Assembly (NCBI GenBank): GCA_002189035.1
Contig: NEEC01000026.1
Location: 248,001-312,000 of the forward strand
DNA from: Utricularia gibba
Lineage: Eukaryota > Plantae > Magnoliophyta
Direction: 5' to 3'
Length of the DNA: 64,000 bases
In this document: positions 12,573 through 23,738 of the stretch, in pieces
How the letters are laid out: each line of letters starts with the position of its first letter
How positions within the stretch are numbered: the first letter of the stretch is position 1
Notes under the pieces: generated by a model
What the model saw: only the letters and a program-made list of their open reading frames with translations
What the model was told of the DNA's origin: nothing
Database searches by the model: none
Translations under genes and position numbers: made by a program

Positions 12573-13765
12573 TGTAACGGTTCATGATTGCTCGACCAAT
12601 GAACTACTTTGGCATCTGACTCTGTCGACACAGAGCACCTTGACCCTCCACCATGCTAAAAGTAACAGTCATAATTCGATATCATCCGAGTGAGAGTTCA
12701 TACAACCTGTTACCCAGCATAACCACCCTATATTGCAACACCCCAACCATCGTCAATCTATCCATTGTGCCTTTCTTGTGCCCCTTCGCCATTGTTAAGT
12801 ATTATTTTGTACTTCTTTTATTATCTATTATTATGTGTTAATTTAGTATTAAGTCACCCAAATTAAGAGTTATGTTGATAAGTATTTTATTTTATTAGAA
12901 AAACACAATTAATATTATTTGTATATATATTTTTTGTCTTTTTTATGTATTTTCATCCAAAGTGTCAGGAGGCATGCTTGGAGTATTACATGAGACTTGC
13001 AGAAGACGAACATTGACATTTTGTGACTTGCACATTATTTAGAGTAATTGTGGGTGGAAACTGGCACTAGTCAGGACCTCTAACTTATGACATGTAAGAC
13101 TCTGCATCAATGATTGGGTGCTTTGCACAGATGAGAAAGCTTGTTGTACATGCAAGATAGAAAGAATGATAGAAAGGAAGCATATGAAGTTAATGCATGT
13201 GAGAGTGAAATAAAGAAAATTGGAAACACTTTGAATCATTGATAGCAGTTGGGCATATGCCGCATAATTTAGTTTGAGGGCAATCAATGGCAATCCTCTC
13301 TCAATTGTCCAAGGGGAATCACATGAGCCTATTCTCGTATCTCTTTGTTAATTAGAGTGTAAGAGAGAGTAAACTATTCGTTGCTTCTATAACTAGTTAT
13401 TCAGAAGAAACCAATGAAAGCCAATGTGAGGATAGACAAGAGGAGGAAATGGAATCTCATTCCCACCAATTGTTTCCAATAATTAAGGTTCATTAATTAC
13501 GTTGTATTTTGTATTTCAGTAGTTTTTAAATCCCATTTTACAAGCCCATAACAATTTGTAAAAGTTTAACACAAAACACTTTTCTATTTGCACAATTCTG
13601 TGAGATCGACACTCATACTACATTTATTTGTATTGTGTTTTTCTATTTAAAATTTATTAAGAAAATGACACATAACAGCCATGCCCTCGCCGAGCTACAA
13701 TGTGGCGTCGCCGCCTACTTGCAAGAACTATGTAAGGCATCAGTCCCGTAACTTAGGATCCTACC
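12573..13765 (+). mobile_element. Short (~310 bp net) GC-rich LTR-like unit interrupted by a solo LTR
   Basis: Begins TGTAACG. Joining 12573-12792 to 13683-13765 gives a sequence collinear with the reverse complement of 23165-23485 (e.g. gagcaccttgaccctccacc, tacaacctgttacccagca, gccatgccctc.ccgagcta). Confidence 0.6.
12793..13677 (+). mobile_element. Solo LTR (family R) with perfect TSD GCCAT
   Basis: GCCAT (12788-12792), then TGTTA...TAACA, then GCCAT (13678-13682). Related copies at 52501-53248 and ~53815-55856. Confidence 0.88.
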
Positions 13766-14439
13766 ATGCTTGGTTGGCTTCCTCAATTTCCTTGTGCCTC
13801 TAGTGCATGTCGGCTACCTCCTAGGGAATGCTCTAGGTCATCCCGATCTCACCTTCCTACATTTCCGTGCCTTGCATGCACAAGGCCTGCTATCGCTCGC
13901 CACACCTGTCCACCATGTAGCATCTTGTGCCTCTATGATCATCGAGGTTGCTCCATAGACCTTCGCACCCCCGTACTCCCTGCTAGCACCTGCCATCACC
14001 ATGCACCCCCACAGCATCCCAACATGCCTTGCTACATTTGCCTGTGCCCCTACATGGTGCACCACACACCACATGCTGCTTGAAGCTCGCTAATGCTCTG
14101 TGAGCCCCTGCATGTAGAACACACTCTGCAGCACCCGCCGGCGCTAGGGCATGCCTAGCGATGCCCACTCACTCCCCATGGCACCCTACTCACCCCTCGA
14201 ACTCCCCTCACGTGCACACACCATGCTAAGCCTACAGCAGCCCACAGCGCCCTACTCGTGCCACACAGCCTCACCATGCCCAACACACCCCACATTACCC
14301 TACTCATGTTGCCTTGTAGCATTCTATGTACTCTATAACACCTCACCCAACCCTGCATGCTTGCATGTTCGTCCACACCCACAACACCTAGCCAGCCTTG
14401 CTCACACTACCTACCTAGCAACACCATGCACCTCAACAA

Positions 14440-15412
14440 TTAAATGACCTTCCTTTCCGCAGGAAAAACATGCCCGAGTTCCAAGTGACTCTCCGGGATG
14501 ATGTTTATGGCACCTGGTACATTCTGGGCAAGTAGTAGGAGTAGGGCTTGTCGGTTTAAAAGGTTGTTTGAGTGGTGGATTCCCTCCTTTGATTTCAATG
14601 GTCGTTTCCGTTGCATTGCTAGATCCTTCCTCTTTAGTTCATTCACCACCCTGATGGCAATGCCCATCACGTCAACGAAATTTGTTCTCTTGTGACCCGC
14701 TAGTGCCATCCTTATCCTTCCATCCATGCCTTCAATGAACTTATGTGTTTTCTGGTTTTCTTCAGCCATTAGGTAGGGTGCATGCCGTTCATTGTCATGG
14801 AATTTACGCAAGTACTCAATTACAATCATGGACCCTTGATGAAGCTTGTCAAACTCCATTCTTTTGACATGTCTCAACTCATCCAAAAAGAAGTTATCAT
14901 AAAACACAGTCTTGAATTCTGTCCAGGTGGTGTATAAACCATTCACAACGTTGCCGCCAATACTCCTCCACCATGCTGCAGCATTCCCCTAGCCAATGCA
15001 CAACCAGTACCGTTCTCATCTCCTCAGGTGCTTGTATCAACTCTAACTTCTCTTCCAACCTCAAAATCTAGGCTTCTGCCTCCTAAGGTGTTCTTGACTT
15101 GAAAGTTTGCACGCCAACCTTCTTGAGTGACTCATGGTAATCCTTTTCTTCCTTTACATTTTTGCAAGCCGCCCCTTCAACAACAACTGCTTTGCCTGAA
15201 TTCCCCACATTATTCCTCATCACATTAGCACACACATTAGTGAGGCTTGTCACAGCTACAGACAAGTTTTGAACTAGCTCTCACATGGTTTCTTCACCTC
15301 CAGTCCCTATTGATGCCCTTGGCACTGTGTTTGGTTCACGAGACTCCTAACTTGGTTCCTCAGACACCTCAGTACTTATTGACTTTCCCCTACGAGTTCC
15401 TCTTCTAACCAT
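14440..15412 (-). pseudogene. Ty3/gypsy chromovirus (Tekay/Del-like) gag, decayed; pol absent
   Basis: Retrotransposon gag signature WTEFKTVFYDNFF...EFDKLHQGSMIVIEYLRKF and a C-terminal Zn knuckle (CPECTRCHKHHPGE...ACFSCGKEGH). In-frame stops and frameshifts; truncated after the knuckle. Confidence 0.82.
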
Positions 15413-15534
15413 CTTGCAAACCTGTGATTACACATATGTAAATGACTCCCTTCAATGATTAGCACACATAAAACCGTACCCGAATTCCTCTACCCTTTCT
15501 ATAGGTGATCAACCAAGGGACCTTTTAAACCTTT

Positions 15535-15546
15535 GCTCTGATACCG
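15535..15546 (-). promoter_or_regulatory. Primer-binding site (initiator tRNA-Met type)
   Basis: Minus strand CGGTATCAGAGC (canonical TGGTATCAGAGC), 3 nt after an LTR end ...GGGTCCTGACA at 15550 and upstream of gag. Confidence 0.8.
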
Positions 15547-16997
15547 CACTGTCAGGACCCATGCCTAGGGCTCAAGAGGTAGGAGTCATGATTGCCAAGC
15601 CCTAGATATAGGACTCTAAGACAACCTTACCCACATAATTTACATAGAGAACAACTTAGACTCTGTTTACATAGATATTGTTACATCACCACCCTAGCAT
15701 GCATAAGAACTACAACAAGCCTAAATGGGACACATCCCACACACAGCTTATTATCCTACAGTCACTAAGTAGCTCTTCACAGCCTAAAAAAGCACACTCC
15801 TACTTTGGCTGATCAGCTGACCTCTAGCTATTCCCCTCCACACTTCGAACAAGTTAAAAAGATAAACATGAGTGAAATAAAGAGAAACGTTGGAACGTAA
15901 AATATAAAAAACAAGCACATAGGCACATTATGAGTCCCATAGCCTATCTTTGCCCAAGTCCCTGGACCCTTTGGTTTAGGCATCACCTCCAAGTCTTAGG
16001 AATTGGGTTATGTATTGTCCAAGCTTTTCAGTAGAGATTAGAAGAGCCACCAACCAACCACCACCTCTAAGCTAAGACCATATCATGCAAAAACATGTTT
16101 CACTCATCTTTCTTACTTGGCTTACCCCATAAGGATGCCTCATACATACCTAACATTGTTAGCCATGAATCCCATAGTTTAAACCATGTTGCTAGGAGTG
16201 TGGGCCCACACCTCTCACCATTTTCTAACATATGTTCATATAGCACATAAATAAAGAACATTGGAGTTTTATGTACTTCAAAAGGGGAGAATGTGCTTAA
16301 AAAGAACCAACAAGGGCACATATTCCTTGAAAGGAGCAATAAAGCTGAAACAAGAGGATTTTAGAGACTCTAAATAGATTTTTCGAACACCAAACAACAC
16401 AGAAAATTATGGTTTCGATAGAGCATCCCCTGCTTGTCTTTACAAAATAATGTATAATGAAGAAGAAAGATAAGCTTGAAAAACACGAAGAACACCCTTT
16501 GAAAGTATAAAAAAAACACATAAACACATAACCACATCTTATTCCAGAGAAACGTGAGAAACATGTTTCTAACAAAAGTCAGTAGCATTCATTCCATTTA
16601 TCTTACTCCTTGCAAAACACCCCTTTCTTATTACTAAACCCACAAATTTTCTTCCTCTTTAGCTCTATTCCTTCTACAACTTTGCTTCCTAAGGTGTTTC
16701 CCCAAAACACATTCTACACCAATGTTAAAAAAGGTACATGAGTCAGCATGTCATCTAACCTATGGTCAACATGTGATCTTTCCCCCTAGTAGCACTTGCA
16801 ATAATAATATTGGCTTGTCTTAAAAATCCCCATATTGTTATGGACACTATTCCTTACTGAGTTTATACATAACTATGACCATTAAAAAGGTATTATGCTA
16901 AACTCTAGCTATAGAAATTGCAGAAAAAACAATATAAATAATATTGTTCACTAAAATCATTATATTAACATTGATATATTGATATCTGGAATGAGTG

Positions 16998-17120
16998 GTG
17001 CCATTAATGAAGGCTCCATCATTGATGGCGCCTTAGGTAAGACTCTGTTCGTGATGGCACCTTAGATAAGGCACCATACATGATGGCGCCTTAGATAAGG
17101 CACTATACGTGATGGTGCTT
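16998..17120. repeat. Left subterminal array of a ~19-bp palindrome (GCRCCATCAWTGATGGYGC consensus), ~5 degenerate copies
   Basis: For example ccatcattgatggcgcc, gcaccatacatgatggcgcc and gcactatacgtgatggtgc. Confidence 0.85.
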
Positions 17121-17368
17121 TAGATCTGCTAAGCCCATACTTCTCCTTCTATATATATCTCATATCTTCACAACTTTTTTCATTCATCTTAAAAGTTGAA
17201 TAGAATCGAAGTTGAAGAAAATTTTGATAATATCGTTTTTTCATTTTATAGTATTATTTATTTAAATTTTTTATATTTCATAATAATTATATATAATTGA
17301 TTACATATATTTGTTTTACCATTTCATAATGGATAAATACACTAGCTATTTTTTTTTATTTTTTGGGA

Positions 17369-19779
17369 ATGTCATCCGATTTGCACTACAATGAGGGTGA
17401 AAGTTCGTATACTCCTTCATGGCCTTGCACCAATATGCCAAATGTCAATTATGGATGTACTTATTTTATTACACATTTTAAGACATCCATTTTTTTTATA
17501 TTTGTAATAATTAATTGTATTGTAGGTGTATCTCCGAGTCTTCAATTATCATTATCTTTAAATCATGATAACAATCCAAGTGTGAACGTGGTTGAAGAAT
17601 TTCCCATAGAAGGTAATTTTAGTGAGATTAAGTTTTAATATATGAAATTATTATCATTAATTGTTTTTTTAAGATATGGTCGACCTTGATGATGATGGTG
17701 GAGACACCGACTCGAGTGAGGATTCTAAAGCCCTACTAGCAAATGTTTGTGAGGACGAAGATCCAAAGACCGGAATTGAGGCACCTTGTGCAGTACAATT
17801 GCCCGGATCTCGCTCTCGACGATTCTCTGGGGTGTTTCGTGAGGGGGGAATACCCTCTATCCAAAACAATCTAGAAAACACTTTCGTATCTGAAGAATTT
17901 AAATATGGTGGCAAATATAGGTGATACGATGAAAAGGTACATGTGCTGAATAAGGGAATTGTATTTACTAGTAAAGTTCATTCTCAATATTGTGTTGCCT
18001 ACTATCATATAAAATGAGAATATGAATTCATCGTTCCTGTTAGTTAGCCCACATTCTAGGAGGGCAAATGAATAAGGGATTATGCGATCTGCACGTGATG
18101 GAGTTTGGCAAGTATCGGTCTGTGACTTTCCACTTACTTGCATGGCATATATGGATGGAGCGCAACATCGCAACCTTTCTAGTTTATTCATTGGATATGA
18201 ATGTATGCATACTGCACATAGAGAATGAGGTATAGTTTAAATATTTCTTAATTTTTTTTACATAGTTTATATTTTTAATAACTTTTCTTTTTTGTAGAGA
18301 TTAAGGTTGCTGATGCTTGAAAATGTATTTTTGAAAAATATCAAAAGAAGATTACTTATGAACATGCATGGTACGATGCTCAACTTGCTTTTGAGTTGGT
18401 CTATGGAACATGGGAATCATCAGTGCAAAAGGTACCTACATTATTTCTGGCAATCACGCAAGCCAATCTGGGTAAAGTGGTCTCGTGGGACTGCTTTCCC
18501 ACTATTGTAGAAGAGGATCATAAAATCATGCACTATGTTTTTTGGGCCTATGGTTCCTTTATTCGAGCATTCAAGTTTTGCAGGCATATTGTTATGGTCG
18601 ATGCCACCTTTTTATATGGACGTTATGACCACAAGTTGCTCATGGCCACTACCAAGGATCGAGGTGGTCACATCCTACCGTTAGCCTATGCATTCATCGA
18701 CGAGGAGAGTAGAGATGCATATCTTTGGTTTATTGATTTGCTAGATGAGCATTTTTTTTGTCGAGGCCAGGGTAGTATAATCTTGGACAGAGCTGCAGGC
18801 ATGCTTGCAGCTGTGAGGAATTACACTGGGTTTCAAGAAGGCCGTCTGACCCACTTTTGGTGTTTGCGTCATTATGTTTCCAACTTCAATAAGAAGTTTG
18901 GAAGCAAAATACTTAAGCAAATGACTTACAACACCGGAGCAACATGTGATCCAAGAAAGATGATGATGTATCTCGAAAGGATTCAAAAGAAAATCTGATG
19001 ACTTATGCATGGTTCTTTGAGCCAGAAAATGGTCCATATGAGAGATGGGCACTCTCATATGATTCAGGCAGACGCTATGGGAATCTAACTTCTAATGCAA
19101 CAAAGATCATGAACAACGTTCTCAAGGTTTGCCGTTGGTTTCCCTTAGATACAATTGTTGAGACTACATTGTACAAGTCAGCTACCATCCTCCAGGAGCG
19201 TAAAGAGGAGATCACCTCGATGACAGAAAACCACCAAGAATTATGTTTGAGGTTACTTAAATTTTTAATGTTTTATTATTTTACTTTATGTATAACACTT
19301 GTTATCTATGTATGCAGGCGCTCTCAGATGAGGCAAAACGTTTTTGGGATAGAGCACGTGAACGAGCTAAGACACACAAGGTGCATCAATTCGAGACGGC
19401 GAATATGTCATTTCAGATTGAAGTCGTCAGCTGTGGGAAAGGGAGACGCTTTCGTTATAGAGTGATGCTTTGTGATCAAACTTGTAGTTGCGGAAAGTAG
19501 ACTAAGTATGGTGTTCCATGCTCTCATGCTATTGCTGCTGCTGAAAAGGTGAAAGTAAGTGACGACGATCTCATGATTAGTCTTGATATATTGCATACGT
19601 TGCGACAAACGTATAGTGAAGAGGTTTTCAACCCTCTTGACTCTGATACCTATGTCCCTCACTCGGGCTGTACCCTATACCATGATCTTACATGCCGTCA
19701 GACTATTGTTGGCAGACAACGTCGCACAAGAATACACAACGAGATGGATTGGGGAGTGAATCCACCACCAACAGAATAG
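17369..19779 (+). pseudogene. MuDR/MULE transposase with SWIM finger, inactivated
   Basis: VMVDATFLYGRYDHKLLMATTKDRGGHILPLAYAFIDEES (first Asp), IILDRAAG (second Asp), FWCLRH (CxxH), YGNLTSNATKIMNN (expected Glu appears as Lys), SWIM CSCGK*TKYGVPCSH. Stops at 18996 and 19498 plus frameshifts. Confidence 0.9.
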
Positions 19780-19967
19780 TCTGATAAATTTGGTTTTTTT
19801 TTGTTTGAACTTTGATTAATTGATAGTTGGAGTTATTTATTTTGGATATTTTATTTTTGGTTGTTTTCAAACTACTTTCATAAAAATAGCTTATTCGATA
19901 ACAACAAAACACATCTACTCATGCTTACGCTACCGTGATGATGATGGACGGGTCGCATAATATGGAC

Positions 19968-21925
19968 CACTTATGGTGGTGGAAATGGGAATCTCCAATA
20001 CCCATGTCCCCTCCCAGCACTAGACTGGCTTGATCCTTCATGGGGCATTATGAACTCCGGGTAAGGAGGCGGCCAAGGATATGACGAAGTCATAGCCAAG
20101 AGTAGTGGTTGCATATAAGAAGAAGGAGCCTCGGTTGATAGTCTACTCGTTGGTGCCGCATATTGTTGAAACAACTCTGCATTGAAATTCTCGTATGCTT
20201 GGTCCATGTGGACTGTGCAGGGTCATCATCACTAGGTAGCGGTGAGTGATGTGCCATGAGTGACTGGCTCCATCCAAGCTGCTGGCTAAGACCCTCAAAT
20301 GTCCACGTTGCTTCTTGGTCCTTAGCACGAAATCTATCTAACTGTGCGACCTGAAAAAGAAACAAGATATCAGAAATAAGTTTACACTATCTAACTCATA
20401 TTTGCACAAAGGATTATTTTACCGCATAAGCTATCGGCTCTGCATCTCCACCTCGATATCCATCACCCTTCTCTTGTCTTCTTCCAAGATACATTAATGC
20501 GTGTGGCCTATGCCAAGTCATGTACGCCGCCTCAGACACTGTAGGGATGTCATGCATCTGGAGAATGTGAGTGTGCCTAGATGCCCACAAAGCTATACGT
20601 GCAGCATGCTCCAACGTCCAATTAGTATCGTAGGAGTCTCTAGTAAACTTATGTTTTGCAGGATATTGATCTGGAGGGAGTAGAATAACACGGCCACATC
20701 CAAACTAACGAGAAACTCGATCAGGGCAATGGGGCTCCACTCGAGATGCATATATCATTGGATTGGCATACTACCAAAGCATGCGATCACATTCCGGAAC
20801 ACACAATAAATGTATATCCTCGTAAGGAGTCCACTCACACTGTCCAAGAAAACAATGAAGTGTGTGTCATGACAATATCCATGATTCAACGAAAAATAAA
20901 TTTATATGAAAACAATGTACCTCGTCATCCCCGCAAACCAAATCAAGTGTGTCACAAATTGGCTCTAACTTGTGGGAGACGACATTTGAGTGGTCGAGCC
21001 AACCTTCAAACCTCCAACCATACACGAACAGTTTAAACCCCTTGCCCTCTCAATATACATCGTGTGGGAAATGACGCTTCAGTATAGGACGTAGAGATGA
21101 GATCCGAGTATATGACCACAACTGCATAAAAAACATTATAATAGGATAAATTTTAACATATATAATACTAGTCAAGAAATCAAGAAATTGAACCTGAAGA
21201 AGACGATGGGCACCACCCATTGTAACTTGCCTAAGTGCACACAAATCAAGCTCGCGATATAAATTCGCTAGAACAACTATCCCCCAACTAGTAGTCATCC
21301 AGCGATCTTGATCTGCCATCCAATCAAGGACACTTAACTTGGCACGATTACCGGTGGCATCCTGGAAAAAAACCTCGCAACAGACTAATAGTACCACCGC
21401 ACGAGCAAAACGTACAACTTCCTCCTCAGGAGTCTCCGCTGTGATACCAATGTATGTATCATCAATGTATGTTTGAAGGCCAATCATAATGAACTATGAA
21501 TCACCAACAATGAAGGTCTCCTAGGGCTCCCATCCAAACTGTTCGACACATAGTTCACGCCATTGCTATATTGTGCATTTTGTGCGAGTGCGAACCATCG
21601 GTATACCATCTTGGAGAGCGATCGTGGCCTCTCCACATGGTAAGAAGAAGGTGTGCGTCTCTGGACACCATCTCTCAACTAAAGCTGTGAGAAAATTGTG
21701 GTCTAGTTCCATTCGTAATGTCTTAAGAACTCCATAAAAACCCCAATCATCGAGATATCTCGTAGTCCTCTCCTCCCATGATCTGCCTGCCAAGAATTTG
21801 TAGTTGTGTTTGAATTGCATCGTTTTACGATCTGATCCCTATAATAGACCATAAGTAATGTACTGTTGCTGCATATCCAACAGGCTCGAATCCTCAGGAC
21901 CATGAACTCTTAAACATGACAACAT
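19968..21925 (-). pseudogene. Plant Mobile Domain (PMD, MAIN/MAIL-like) gene carried by the MULE, decayed
   Basis: HGPEDSSLL...YLDDWGFYGVLKTLRMELDHNFLTALVERWCPETHTFFLPCGEATIALQD, then RFARAVVLLVCCEVFFQDATG...SWGIVVLANLYREL...LLQ|LWSYTRI. These are the hallmark PMD blocks. Introns, stops and frameshifts present; boundaries approximate. Confidence 0.85.
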
Positions 21926-22380
21926 GTCAATCTACAAAAAAAAACATTACATATTTGACAAGAAATAATATAATAAATTAAATATATTAGTCAATAATAA
22001 AAAAATAATAAAAACATAATATTCATAAAAAAAATATTACGTCAATGTACAAAAAAATTTAAAACAAATTGATAAATATCATATATGTAATAAAAAAACC
22101 ATGACAAATTAATAAACAAAATAATTAATCAAACAATAAAAAAATTAAATAACTAACTTGATTGTTTTCCTACAATCAAAAAATTAAAATATCAAAACTT
22201 ATGAATATAAAAAAATTCATAGTCTTACACTTGTAATCAAACTATTTTTTTATCACAATTTACACTTGTAGGATATGAAGAACGATCAGAGTATTTATAA
22301 GGAGAATGTAATAATAGAACAAGTGAGCGTGCTTGGGAAATGGAAGGGGAGCGTGGGCTCCTTCCATTGGGAGCAACCAG

Positions 22381-22510
22381 GCACCATCATTGATGGTGTC
22401 ATGCAACAAGGCGCCATCAATGATGGTGCCATGCTATATGCACTTTGAGGCACCATCATTGATGGTGTTTTTTAGCATACGGTTTCTAAAGCACCATCAA
22501 TAATGGTATG
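22381..22510. repeat. Right subterminal array of the same palindrome, 4 copies
   Basis: gcaccatcattgatggtgtc (22381), gcgccatcaatgatggtgcc (22410), gcaccatcattgatggtgtt (22450), gcaccatcaataatggtatg (22491). Confidence 0.9.
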
Positions 22511-23164
22511 ATAAACAAAGTGATATTATTATTCGCATATACTATTATTAATATATTGTATTTATTAATCAATATTATTTATGTTAATTTTTCTAGAAAT
22601 TGCATACCATAACACCTATGTGCACTTCCTGGTCCAGCTCGTGCGGCTACTTCCCCCACCCGTGCTCATGCACGGCCTCGCACATAGGAAAATTACTCAA
22701 CGATATGAGAATAAACAACATCCTTACCTAGCGCTAGCCTCTATGTACAATACTCAACCCAAGCCTCCCGAGTCCGAATGGTGGATGCCTATCGTGAATC
22801 GAGCCAACTGCCCGCACTCTCCTCGATTCACGTGCTCAACTTGTGCGATTCCACTCCCTCCACCGCTAACCTCCACACCTATTTACATGGCCCACAAGGC
22901 CCTACGCAATAAGGTGGTCTACCTTCCCTCTCAACTCATGATCTACTTGGCCCTTGCGCCCCTCATGTCCAATGACCCAATCCCTCCCTTCCTTTGGCTC
23001 TTATCCAAAACCAGCATAGCCCAAATCTCCCACGTCTCCCATCTACCTGCTCCCTTGGATTCCGAGTCTCACAATCCTCCCCCCCTTAAGACGCTTAGTC
23101 CTAAACCAAGAGGGATGTCCCCCGCAGCCCCGCCACACCCGCAGATGCGTGCTCTAAACTACTC

Positions 23165-23485
23165 TGTTAGTAACCCGGATTCCCTAGTGCTCGAGAGCCT
23201 GCCCGCACGGTTCTTGTAGGTTGGCGGCAAGGCCACGGCATAGCTCGGTGAGGGCATGGCGAGTGACTGGGCACAGTGAAGGGGCACAATGGATAAACTA
23301 CCGATGGCTGGAGTGTTGGAATATAGGGTGGTTTTGCTGGGTAACAGGTTGTACGAATTCTAACCCCGTATGATGGTATGGAATTACGATTGCTAGGTTG
23401 AGCGCGGTGGAGGGTCAAGGTGCTCGGGTCAGCGGAGTCATGCGGTTGTAGCGGTTCATGGGTCGGGCGGTCACGAGTCATTATA
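23165..23485 (-). mobile_element. Short GC-rich LTR-like unit, inverted relative of 12573-13765
   Basis: Reverse complement aligns by eye to 12573-12792 + 13678-13765. The minus-strand end is ...GGGTTACTAACA. Confidence 0.6.
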
Positions 23486-23738
23486 GTTCATTTTTTATAT
23501 TGTTTTTAAAATCAATATTTTGATTTATTTTCGATCAATTATGATTCAACGTTTTAAAAAAAATTCAATAATAATTCCTTGTAAATACAATCTTAATTTA
23601 TTATTTTAATGATTCATATGTATTTGTAAAATCACCATTACATACATGAAAGACCCGTCACATAAGTAACAAATTCCATGAAAGTGGAATGGACCACAAC
23701 AGCATCATGAGGTATGATGGGGTGGGTGGCAGGCTGGC

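Larger units (their letters stand above)
16923..22593 (+). mobile_element. Complete Mutator-like DNA transposon (MULE), 5671 bp, 11-bp TSD
   Basis: TAGAAATTGCA at 16912-16922 and 22594-22604. Ends GAAAAA.../...TTTTTC with imperfect AT-rich TIRs (agaaaaaacaatataaataatattg vs rc agaaaaattaacataaataatattg). Internal transposase and PMD genes. Confidence 0.93.
15550..23073 (-). mobile_element. Tekay-like LTR (~1.84 kb net) split by the Mutator element
   Basis: Minus-strand start TGTGAGAC at 23073 follows a PPT (AAGGGGGGGAGGA, 23075-23087). End ...CCTGACA at 15550 precedes the PBS. The MULE TSD rejoins the two halves. Confidence 0.55.

Noticed and set aside
13766-14447. Several overlapping 60-105 aa ORFs on both strands
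   Set aside because: They lie in low-complexity CATG/GC-rich TE sequence next to the truncated gag and have no recognisable domain.
16998-17120. CRISPR-like reading of the spaced palindromic repeats
   Set aside because: Eukaryotic context, spacers are short and repeated (cttagataag), and the arrays are part of transposon ends.
22326-22337. AGCGTGCTTGGG, a 12-nt match to the 5S rRNA box A region (Cassandra TRIM or 5S idea)
   Set aside because: No box C or further 5S similarity follows, and it lies within the MULE. Chance match.
22581-23219. 212-aa Pro-rich ORF
   Set aside because: It straddles the MULE end/TSD and LTR sequence, and is open because of C-rich strand bias.
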